This document shows positions 13,803 through 24,600 of a stretch of 64,000 nucleotides of DNA, piece after piece. The notes beneath the pieces are model-generated. The model ran no database searches. It was not told where the DNA came from and worked only from the letters and a program-made list of their open reading frames with translations. Origin of the DNA: Raillietiella orientalis (Eukaryota). The position numbers and the translations under genes were made by a program. The stretch spans positions 310,001 through 374,000 of the forward strand of contig JAYWIR010000014.1 of the NCBI GenBank assembly GCA_036172245.1, in the 5' to 3' direction. Position 1 is the stretch's first letter; the number at the start of each line of letters is the position of its first letter.

Positions 13803-15800
13803 ATGACGTCCCAGTCATTTCTTGGTCAACGGATGCTTCCGACAGAGACCATCCACATGTCTGCGGCTGCCGAGGCTAGGCGTCGCTGCATTCGGCCTGG
13901 GGAAGCGCCGGGTGCCTTGGCGGTCGCGGTCGATCTCCGCAAGGCGTTCGATTGCGTAAATCAGGATCTCCTGCTGGAGCTCCTGGAACGCCTCGGTCTC
14001 CCGGTGCACCTCGTGGCGTATTTGCGCGCTTGCTGGCGCCACGCGCTCATTTCCATCTCTTTTAGCGGCTGCCACGTGTACGGCGTGCCGGTGCGGCGGG
14101 GCATCAGGCAGGGCGACAGCTTAAGCCCGTTGCTCTTCAGCATCTTCTTTGAGTTGGTGCTGAGGGCGTACAGGCTAACGCTGGCCAACCTGCCGAGCTC
14201 TTGTCCAGGAACGCCGTCCGTGGCGGCCTATGCTGACGACCTGCTTCTCCTCTTACCCATGACCACCCCGGCGTCCAGTCTCGAGGATTTCTTCGAGCTG
14301 ATTCGCCGGGGAGCGGGCATGAGCGTAAACCGGAGCAAGAGCGTGGTCGTACCTATTGGTGCGGCGTGGGAGGGGCAGGCCGACTGGATCCGCCTGGGGA
14401 TCCCGACCGCTTCCTCCATGCAATATCTGGGCGTTCCGCTGGGGAACATCAGCCCAGTGGAAGTGTGGTCGGACTGCCTTCGGAAGGCTTCGAATGCCCT
14501 GAGCCCGTTCCACCATGGCAGGTTCGTCCTGCCGGAGCGGGCCACGATATGGAACACCTTCGTTGCCCCCCTCTTGCGCCTCCTGCTTTTTGTTTGCCCG
14601 CCCCCCTACTCGGCCAAGCTCCAGGCGCACAGCCTGTTGAGGAACGCTCTGTGGGGACCTGCGAGGTCCAGGATCCGCCTCAAAGACTTGGCGGCTCCGC
14701 GTCGGGATGCTGGCTTAGGCATCCTGACGCTGGAGAGAATCGAGCTGCAAGTGCAGCTTCGGATGTTGGCCCTGTGCGCCAACCTTTGGTCCACTCCGTG
14801 GTGCGCTCCCGCGCGCCTGCTTCTGCGGCGCTGCACAGGCAGCGATGGACTTCTGTCGCTGCGGCCGCACACGGAGCGCGCCACGAGAAGCTTCGGTTTC
14901 CCCTTGAAACCGCTGTATCGGCTCCTGGAAGCCCAGGAATGGATCTCCTGCCGCCCAACGAACTTTGAAGCCTGGCGGCAGGAACCGCTGCATGGCTGGG
15001 CAAAGCACCAGGATGTTTCCCTCCTGGAACTCCGTTGCGCTCACCTCTCCCCGTACTGCACGGTGGATGAGGTGTGCAACAGCCAGGAGAAGTGGACCCG
15101 CCTGGCCGTCACCCCCCTCGAAGACGCACTGTCAGCCCTCAGGGCAAGAGATGACAGTTGCGAACCGGCGAGATGGGAGGTCGCCTGCACCATCGCAGGA
15201 ACAACGCGACCTATTGGCGGCTGGAAGACTTGCGAGCTGGCGGACGCCGCCACACCTCGCCACGTTCCGAAGGGACTCCTTCGGTGGAGCGAACACTTGA
15301 GTGTGCCCCTTGAAGAACTTGTGGTTCCTCCCTCGTGTCTGAACACTTCTGTGTTCCCCCTTTCGTGGAAGCAGGACGTGATTATGCTGGTGCATTGGGG
15401 TTTTCACTCCAACCAGCGCACGAACCTTGTTTCCGGGGGAGTCGTCTCCCCAAACTGTAAGCGGTGCGGGGAAGTGGAAACGCTCCCGCACCTGCTCCTG
15501 GACTGCGGTGCCCTTCTAGGACTCTGGCGGAGGCTGGCCTCAGCTCTCCTGCACCAGGGGGACACCGCGAGGGACTTGATGCGCCGCTTCTTCACGCCAG
15601 GCGGCCTGTCACTGGGTGCTGTCGTTGCAACCGTGTGTTGCACCCGCGCCATCGACAGGGCCCACCGAGAGTTGGAGAAGCTGGCCATCCTTCGTCAGCC
15701 CACCGGATTAGCCAGCGCAAACATGTCGTCGGCTGCCCAGTGGGCCCATCTGCCACAGGGCGTAAGGAGAGAGATCGCCGGCATCCATCGCCGGTTTTGA
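13803..15800 (+). CDS. Reverse transcriptase (N-terminally truncated) plus C-terminal CCHC/zf-RVT region of non-LTR ORF2; first ~17 codons come from flanking DNA
   Basis: DLRKAFD (13932-13952), RGIRQGDSLSPLLF, YADD (14229-14240), YLG, AGLG, CKRCGEVETLPHLLLDC (15456-15506). Endonuclease and early RT motifs (PGxDG, YRPI) are absent. Confidence 0.9.
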   Translation: MTSQSFLGQRMLPTETIHMSAAAEARRRCIRPGEAPGALAVAVDLRKAFDCVNQDLLLELLERLGLPVHLVAYLRACWRHALISISFSGCHVYGVPVRRGIRQGDSLSPLLFSIFFELVLRAYRLTLANLPSSCPGTPSVAAYADDLLLLLPMTTPASSLEDFFELIRRGAGMSVNRSKSVVVPIGAAWEGQADWIRLGIPTASSMQYLGVPLGNISPVEVWSDCLRKASNALSPFHHGRFVLPERATIWNTFVAPLLRLLLFVCPPPYSAKLQAHSLLRNALWGPARSRIRLKDLAAPRRDAGLGILTLERIELQVQLRMLALCANLWSTPWCAPARLLLRRCTGSDGLLSLRPHTERATRSFGFPLKPLYRLLEAQEWISCRPTNFEAWRQEPLHGWAKHQDVSLLELRCAHLSPYCTVDEVCNSQEKWTRLAVTPLEDALSALRARDDSCEPARWEVACTIAGTTRPIGGWKTCELADAATPRHVPKGLLRWSEHLSVPLEELVVPPSCLNTSVFPLSWKQDVIMLVHWGFHSNQRTNLVSGGVVSPNCKRCGEVETLPHLLLDCGALLGLWRRLASALLHQGDTARDLMRRFFTPGGLSLGAVVATVCCTRAIDRAHRELEKLAILRQPTGLASANMSSAAQWAHLPQGVRREIAGIHRRF

Positions 15801-16029
15801 AAGGAAGGAACGGACTTACCAAAGACCCCTGTCCCCTGCCCTCCATATTTTTTTTTTATTTTTTTTATATAGTAGTGTGTTTGTGGTCCCTTCCCTCCCG
15901 TTCCGGACTTTCGGCATACCGACCTGCGTGTCGGGGATCCCACCCCCTTCGTCTCTTGTTTTCCCCTTTGTCCGGGAACCCTGTTCCCGGATAGTTTATA
16001 ATAAACGCCCCGGCGCACCCGGGTGACAA
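13853..16029 (+). mobile_element. 5'-truncated L1/Tx1-like non-LTR retrotransposon, young copy
   Basis: Flanked by an 11-bp target-site duplication ACAGAGACCAT (13842-13852 and 16030-16040). Sharp GC rise over the flanks. Contains an uninterrupted RT frame and a 3' UTR with a T-rich tract, hairpins and AATAAA. Confidence 0.93.
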
Positions 16030-16328
16030 ACAGAGACCATTGTTCTGACTCTCGCAGACACCACTCGCTCTGTGAACCAACCATGGGATAGCACTGAAAT
16101 CGAGAACAACCCACTTCTATACCTTAGTGACTGCATCTGAGGTACTGGCATTGAGTCCTGCTCCTATTTACGAATCATCCAATAGGAGTGAGTGCAAAGT
16201 GAATGAAAAGGCTGCAGAAGCTTGTTTTTGTTAATGTGGAGTTCACGAAGATGGAAATTATTTTAAAAGTGACGTTTATCTTGATGCATGATCCTAGATC
16301 CAGCATGCTTCCTTATTAAGCAATTCTT

Positions 16329-17270
16329 TCAGAAAGTCGAAAACATCAAACGTTGAGAGGGTGTTCCTTCGCAACCAAAGCATGGGTACGCTTTAAATCT
16401 CGTAGTAAGGCCTGCAAAGATTGATGGATGTTGAAGGATCCAGGAGAACTGTTTATCGAACTTTGAGCATTCAGCAGAAGACAGGTCCTAGATGGTTGAG
16501 TCTAATCTCGACCAACTCTATCGATTCTAGAGAAAATCTTCTCGCACAAGATGAGAACTCGACATGGTCTCAAAGAAACAGCAGCAAGAAGAAATCTCAT
16601 CTGTGTGGACATCTGTGGAAACTTCCTCGTCTTTCAGTTTCGATGTTGATCTTTTGTCATCCAAAGCAGCTAAAGTTCGTCTGCCTCCTGATGCAAGCGC
16701 TTGGAGTCTGCTTTGACCTGGCTTCCGCAGCATCGTTGCCAACTTTTCCTATCCCTGTCGGCGCTTATCTGCAGAAACAAACACACCAGTCTCATCAGGA
16801 ACAGGAATCATAAGGGAAGAGTAAATGACAGCAAGCGGATCTAGCAACGGCATCTGATTCCGCAACCCGTTCCCCAGCTTAGGAAAGTAACCGTATACCA
16901 TCAAGAGGATAGCCTTCTTCCCGGTTACAAATAAATTTCCTATGAATGTTGCCTCTGCATAAGGATGGCATCTTTGTGCAAATTTTAGAAAGCTTCGAGC
17001 TCGTGATGAAGGACACATTTCAGAGAAAATGCTGGTATTCGTCACGAAAACACTGTCTGGAGTCAAAGAGAACAGACCTTCTGCTGGAGAGGAGAGTCTT
17101 GTTTCGTCTTCGGCGCTCAGCTTCCTTGCTGAACGATCGGTAACAAAGGCGGCAATCCGGCTTCGGACTGCCTCTGATGGGTGCGGTTCATGCGAACGCG
17201 AGGTTCCAGTGTAAGCAATCGAAAAACCTTTACGTGATATGTGCCAGTAAAGGGAGGATGGATGAAGCAT
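16329..17270 (-). other. Possible host coding frame interrupted only by TAG codons
   Basis: Track ORFs 16749-17270 and 16527-16742 share a frame. The 314 codons contain four TAG (16749, 16527, 16518, 16488) and no TAA or TGA until the TGA at 16329-16331. No recognisable domain. Confidence 0.3.
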
Positions 17271-20200
17271 ACCTCAATTGTCTCTTCTATTACAAAGTGC
17301 TCAGATGATTTCTCTCTGGACCAGCATCATTTGTCATCTTCAGTTAAAAGGAGCAAATGCAGAAGACTCTGAACCAGAGAGCCGAGCTTTCACGGAGGAT
17401 GCTCAGTCATTGTCATACTTTTCAGCAGTCCAATCTCCATCGATGTTCCTTCTCTTTTCCTCCTCTCAAGGGTGATTCCCTTGAGCCACACTTCACTTCT
17501 CAAGGCCACGAACCATTTTCAGGACATGCACTCCGTCTTCATAATGTCATAGGATCGTCATTTGAACGGTCCGTGGAGGCTCTCTCAGTTTTCTCCAAAG
17601 GATGACGTTTGATCGACCAACATCTGATGCCCTCATCAATGAGCAGCAATCTGCATCCAGCGTCGGGACGTTTGACCTGCTCTTTTCTGAAGTACGACTC
17701 ATCGCTGCGTGGAGAGTTTCACTTCTTTTCTCTTCTTGTGCCAGCCTCCCCTCCGAGGAACCCCTCTGCCCGTGACTGAGGAGTCCACTTGGCTTCGAAA
17801 AGGGCTTCCGGCTTGGCTTTTTCGGCTTCCGATGTTCTCAGCTGCTACTGCAGAGATCGGTTTCCTCCGTCCACGAGGAAGGCATTAGACAGCACGTACA
17901 CGCTCCTAACCCTGCACCTACTTTTAGCACAGCAATGGAGTGAAGATGAGACCTCATCACAGCGAGACTGACAAGTGATGACCACACGCATGTGGAAGTA
18001 CACGTAGCCGCGTCATGATGCATGTTTTCAGGATGATGGAAAGTGCTCCAGGCTAGTCGCTGCTATCATTCACCCATCCATTCCATCAGCCTTTGTCTTC
18101 ACGGGCTCAAGAGGGTTTGCAGTTGTTTCAGTTCCGCTGAGAGCTGGGATGGGTAGTGTCTGCGCAATCGAGGCAAGAGAAGCTCTGGAGATCTGATCTG
18201 AACCGCTCATCATCATTTGTTTAACCGTTGATGGATGATCCTTCCATCATCTCAGTTGGAACCGAAGATTTTCTTCGCTGTACCATTTGTTGTTGACAGA
18301 TGCACGCACAGATGCAGTGAGTGAGAAGAGTTAAGCTCCACAGCAGCAACATCAGAGTCAGTCTAGCTATTCTCGGTAAGAAAATGGACGACTGTTAGAT
18401 GGAGCCATTTTTGAAGCCTTAATGGAGCTCTCCAGCAGGCTCAGCCAACCAAATTAGCATGAGATGAAGATGAATTCGAACGTGCTGAAAAGATGCTCAC
18501 TGGACTGGAAGCAGCTTGCTGTCATCAGTGAGGAAGAGCCATTAGTGCGAAGATGCATTCGCTCTTTAAGGGATCATTGTACGGCACCACAGGCTCGGGA
18601 AACTGTTCTCTTCGACTGATTTTCGGCCGTGTCCCTGGCAAAATTCACTGCCAAATTTCTTTTTTCGCTTTGATGTATCCAAGAACATGGGCACTTATCA
18701 AGCTTTCCACTTATATGCTTTCGTTCTTTTGGCTCAACGCTGCGGCTCTTTCAATCCCATCAGCTTACTCCCCCTCACGCAGGTTCCATTCAGGACCTTA
18801 GGAGACCTGTTCAGTCCTTTTCTTATTGATTTCCTTTGCCCTGCCGGAGTCAGCATTCGGCTTTCGGTGCCTCGAATTGTCTGTAGATTTCGTCGTTACT
18901 TCTAGAACATCTCTTGCCTCCCGGGATGCTTGTTCTCGGTTGTTATCACAACAGTGGCAATCAGAGGAACAAACGTCACGAGAAAAAGGATCCCACCACT
19001 GATAGACAACCTTTCTGTAAGACTCTATTGTGTTGAGATCTACCTTCTATTTGCCATTTTTCACATTTCTCTAACGTTTCTGGGTTTAGCTGCTTCTATT
19101 TACATCCTCCATTTATGAACCAAAAGAACTGCATACTTTCCGAATGGACTCAGAAGGAGTTGATCCCTGCATGATCAGTTAAATGGTGTTTACAAGAATC
19201 TTCACTTCCTTGTTGGGAGATCAGCTTCCGTGATTAGCTTTGATGAATCCTGATGATTCGGTTCGTATCATGTAAAAATAAAGTGATTGGTTTCTTTTAC
19301 GGAATTAGCAAGAGTTTCCAGCCCGCCACCTCGAGATCTTCATTCATGAAACGTGCTGCTGACAGCATTTTCACTTTTTTCTCACTCAAGACGGGAACAG
19401 GAAGAGTAGATGTTCTGCTGTTCCTTCCCAGTTTGGTGAAGTCACTCTATAAGATTATGAGAGGAATCGATTTCATCGTTAGTGATATGATTTTCCTCAA
19501 GCATCATTAGAGAACTCTGATCAGTTAGTCATGATAGTGCAACGGAATGTCCTATCAGATGATTCGTTTCTGCTGCCATCTTTTGGTTTCACCTTTCATA
19601 TCAAGATGCTTAAGAGAACGGATGGAGAATCCATGTTAACAGTCTCAGAGTCAACACTCAAGAGCACGTATTGGACAAGACACTTTCCAATTTACCATCC
19701 CAGCTTATGGGTCATCAACATTTTCTCTGTCTATTCTTAGATTTCGTTTTGCATTCCCAAATGCTGCAATGAAGTCTTTCCAGTTGACATTTCTCGAGCA
19801 CAATTATAAGCGGCTGCGAAAGAAAGAAAATCCTGGAAGTCGGTTTTTCGACCTGCCAGTGGAAATTTTTCGAGACGATAGGGAGTTTTTATGCACTCAG
19901 AATTCGAAATAATAAAGACAGGAGCTCTCATATTTTTATGAACGAGGAGAATAGTACAAATGTTTCATCATATCGGACGATGATTAAACCGCGCACTCAT
20001 TTACTTAGGCACCTCAACAGGAGCAACCGAGGACCTACTCAGTAAGGCACAGCATGATTAACGAATTTATGTTCTACGAGTTGTCCAGAAGTCAAGTTGC
20101 CAATTTCCGCCGCGAGATGGCAGATTGCAAAATCGAAGCAGTGATCAGGTTTCTATACAAGCAAGCATTCGTGTTTGGAGAATGGCGAAATCCTTATCGA

Positions 20201-21799
20201 AACTTCCTACGGTAGGAAAGAAAATCTTTTTTTTCCTGTTGGGGCTTTTGGATCAAGGAAGTACTGTGATTTCGCTAAAGCAGCATAATCTTGAAACCAA
20301 ACATGCACTGGGCGAATACAACCAGTGAGATTTCAGGGAAAACCTCTTCGTTCAGAGTCCATAGATTTACAAATATCTTATTTTCTTCTCCAGCGGATTT
20401 CATGTTTCATTTTGCCTTCGAAATTGCTTTCGAGATTCGCATGCAGCTGACGTGAGCTGTGACTCAGGAATCTTCCTCATACAGTTGCCATGCTTTGCCC
20501 TGCTTCCGTTTTTGCGCTCGAGACAGGTGGACCCTCCTTTCAACTGCATAAATTTATCACAGAAGCAACTTCATAAGGAGCAGTGCAGATATTGCATATT
20601 AATGCAGGGTTTTGAAATGCAATGTTCATGTGAACTGGTAAACCTCACGGATCAGGAACTGCAGGAAGAAAACTGGATTTGAGATTCAAGAAGATTTGGA
20701 ATGCGAACTAGCTGTCGGGATACAGTCATAATTATCATCAATCCTTTGCAAATTCTCAACTGCTTAACCTAATTGCTGGTTTCTTATCCTGGAATAGAAG
20801 GAGAGTGCTAGAGCATGTCACGGCTAAGCAACTTTGCTGAGTAAAGGGATGGGAAGATTCATTGGAGGTTGTCTCAACGTAGGGAAGAAAGATCAAATGT
20901 TCTTACTGTTCCGAATGAACACGGTTATCGAGATTGATGAAGGGGATTTTGGTATTTTTCTCCTCAAAGAATCGGGATCGCATAAAGAAATGCAAAGGAG
21001 AGATTTTTCACACCTTGCAGAGCTTCTTCAACCTGTCTTACTTTGTTGGTGTTGACGAAGGGCACGTCCACGACGGGCATTCAGGAGTGGAGATGTTCCT
21101 TGGGGCTGGAAACTCATCCGTGTTTTCGTGCTCTCTCTTTCCCGAAGGTTGCCGTTCCGCCTTCAATGAGCAGTATGTGTCGTGTGTTATGACACGGTTC
21201 TTTCTTTTCGGGTGAAGCCAGGTCGCAGCACGGACTACTAAAAAGACACTTTTCTCAGGGATGGACCATATGTTTGTTCTTCATAGCGTTCTTCTTGCTG
21301 GTGTTCTATCGATAATGTACAGATAATGTACAAGAACGCGGAGCTCGGGGTTCGTTAAGGAAGGTTTCTATTCCGTGGACGTAAGCCACAAAAAATAAAA
21401 ACCTCCTCAAAAGCAAGAGTTCCAGGGAAATCAAGAATCTAGCAGGATTGAAGTCGACTCGTGACACGAAAGACATTGGACCGAAACTACCGGCTCCACT
21501 GCTTGGATAACGCTGGCCTATGCTGCGCGGTGTGTGGCCGTGTCCACAATGTCGAGTTCAAGGTAGGACCATTTCCAAACCTGGAGACGACGGGATGCTT
21601 CAGAAAAAAAAAAGGAAATGAAAGAAAAGTATTTTTAACATAATAAGTAGATTTTGAGAACCAATATTTATTATTTTCCCATCTGGTAGCCTTGCTGCTG
21701 GTTTGCTCACTCGCAACCTGCCATTTCAGGTTTGAATGTGAACATGTGAACGCGTAGGCATTTTAAAAGGGTACTAGTATGAATAACAGGAATAATATG

Positions 21800-24600
21800 T
21801 GTGGAGATATCCGTGATTGAAAAAGGTACTTCAACACTTAGGTGTGCGAGTTCAGTGCTGTGGGCTGATTAACGCCGACAACCACCGTAAACCGGCAGGA
21901 ATACAGAGTGAGGGATGACCTTCACCGTGAACAAACCATCCTGACTGACACCTGAAGGAGGATCATGGAAGACACAACTCTACCATTTTCGTGGGAGTTG
22001 ACGGACGGCTGTCTGGAAGGGAAGTCCACTTAATATTGGTGCAGGATGAAACCTCCTGAGGAAGAGCTAGTAAAACGAGGCAGGAGGATCTGAAAAGCGG
22101 AGATAAGATTGCAAGGGACTGCTCGGTATGCTCACCTGGGTTTGAGATTGTAGGCTCGAATCGTTGCAAGGAACATCGCATGCCCTTCCGGACATCAACT
22201 CACAGAGAGGAAGTCAATAAGCGGCCAGCAAGAGAAGGAGAAGGAGTACAAGATACTCTGGGATGGGCTAAACGAAGCACAAACGGACTCCTCCACGGAA
22301 GAGACCTAGAGATCTGCATTGGCTCCGCGACAGAAAAGAGAACAAGAAGTAGCATCCAGGAGAAAACAGTTCGTGGGGAAGTAAGGAAGTGAAAGTTCGA
22401 GCCATAGAAAAAACAGATTCTTCAGAGAAAAAAAGGACCAGCAAAACAAACCTAAGGAAGATAGAGAAGGGCTCAGAGCAGCTTAAGAATTCCAGATTGT
22501 CATGTGGCGGGGATCTCTGCTGGCACACATTTTGACAGCGAGCTGCCTCAAAGATCGGAAATGGCTCGGGAGTTACTTGAAGTCAAAACACCCAGAACGA
22601 TAAGGAGCGGAGAAACCGAATGGTCCAATGAAGGAACCCTAAGTACAGAGATTGCATTGAATCATGCGAAAGAGGACTATGCAAACGGTAAGTAGATTGG
22701 CAGACTCGCGGAGCATAATTCCAACAGAAAAAACAGAAGAACAAATGATTCGAAGGAAAGATTTCGTAACGGAACCCATCCTGGCCAGAAACGTGACTTC
22801 AAGACCCTCTGACTGAAGGAAGAGGTGGCCACTATATTGCACAAAGCAAAAGGTTCACCACGTGGAATCCCCGGGATCACATGGAATGACGCACAAAGGC
22901 TGGTCGGTCGGTCGATCCAGAGGAGAAAATGCTCACCACAATTTCCAACGCACGTCTCTGGATGAGGAGAACGTCGTCATGCCGGAAACAATCCTAGTCA
23001 GCCCTGCCTGCGAATTCATCTTCAGCGTTAGAGGAAGCTGGTGGATGGAGATCGGTGTGGACGGGAGGTATCGCCCATGCGCAAGGTGTCTTTCTCGAGG
23101 TCTGCGGGAGAGAATCATCTACAGACAGATCATTGGCCAGTAATAAAAACAGTTTCCTCCATCCAATAAAGCCCACAGACTGAATTTCATGCTGCAGGCG
23201 AGTTTGCATGATGCAAGGAGGTTCTTTCTGTACACGTTTGCATCTTATTTATTGAGCTAGCAAAGACGCTTGACACTAGTTCACGATGCCATGTAAGAAA
23301 GTGAAAGTGAAAGAGATCTTTGAAGAAATGATGAAAGATCAAGGAAGGATGCATTCACTTTTGTGAAAAGATGATCATAAACCGCAAGGAACACCTAGAG
23401 TTTCAGAGGGGTAAAAGAGGGATGCCTAATCTGCCTGCTCTTCATCTCAACAATGGAACTGATCCTCATAAGGCTTGTAGAGACTTCTGGAAGTGACCTT
23501 ATGCCAGCCTATGCTGATGATCCAGCACCCATCTCAGGAACACAAAAAAAGTTTCGTAGATGCCTCCGAATGCCAGACGGACTTTCTGTCACCCTCGACT
23601 TCAGCAAGTGCGCATCATTATATCTGGAGGCAGCGACACAAGGAAAACTGAAAATTTGTCGGATCCTCATAGCCTTGAGTGTGGTGATGCATGCAAATAT
23701 TTAGGGGAACCTCTTGACCTGGATCCCATCAGGCAAATTTTGGTCAAAGAGATGGACGTAATGGATGGCAAATTGCTTTCATGGATAACAAAAGCATGTC
23801 ATACGAACCTTCTTCTTCATCAACCGGAGGCTGAGAATGTTCAGGGAAGCAGGCAGGACATTCCTGAGCAACAGTACAAGACAACTCCTGGAGTGCTTGA
23901 ATTCACCGAGCAGGATGGTCAATGGCTACATTCATACTGATTGCCCGAAGTTTTCCATTTTATGCGGCAAAAGTCCATGAACAGTAGAGGAGTCCACACG
24001 AAATACGCTACAGATGGTGAAGGTGCCGAGTGCACCAGTAGAGGATGAGGATTTAAGAGCGTTGGTGTATCAGGATGCATCAAAGAGAAATGTGGCATGT
24101 TCAGGAATGACGTGAGGAGCATCCAGACTTCGAAAAGACAAACGCCGCTAGAGTAAGGATAAGGTGATAGACCTTTGAGGACAACTAACCCACAATCATG
24201 ATTGAGTCTGCAATTTCGAACAAGCATATGCGGAAGAAAATGACCTCCAGTCCGTTCTTTATCCAGAGCAAGGAGACATGGTTTCCTCCCACCAAAAAAA
24301 CATCTGAAGGAAGAAAAGTCAATGTCTCACTTGCAGTAGCATCGTGCATCGTCACATCTCTTGCTCAATAGCGAAAATCCAAGATCCTCCAATTACAGAT
24401 TTATTCATGCGGCGCGCCTCGATTTAATAACATGGACAACGCCCACCTGGGAAGGCGCCGGTTGCGTGCTAAGGAGCCTTGTGCTGTGAAAAGATTTCCA
24501 CAACCCGATTCTCAACCATTGTATCTGGAATGAAAGTGCATCATCTATGGGCACGACAAACAGGCAGCCTTGATCAAGATGCGTGCTGGTGCACTCCGAT
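21800..24600 (+). mobile_element. Decayed non-LTR retrotransposon of a second family, possibly RLE-type (R2/R4/NeSL-like)
   Basis: Degenerate RT motifs in the correct order across frameshifts: SPGSHG (~22868), GRYRPCARCLS (~23064), IELAKTLDT (23251; cf. DLxKAFD), RGVKEGCLICLLF (23405), AYADD (YADD 23510-23521), CKYLG (~23692). Weak C..RH..PD remnants at ~24230-24510. Ends approximate; clade is inferred. Confidence 0.75.

Noticed and set aside
13815..16114. Many overlapping alternative-frame and antisense ORFs in the LINE
   Set aside because: Expected from stop-codon scarcity in high-GC sequence.
21860..21910. Hammerhead-like CTGATTAA-GCCG...CGGC-AGGAA near the 5' end of the second LINE
   Set aside because: The core deviates from CUGANGA/GAAA and I could not form stems I and III.
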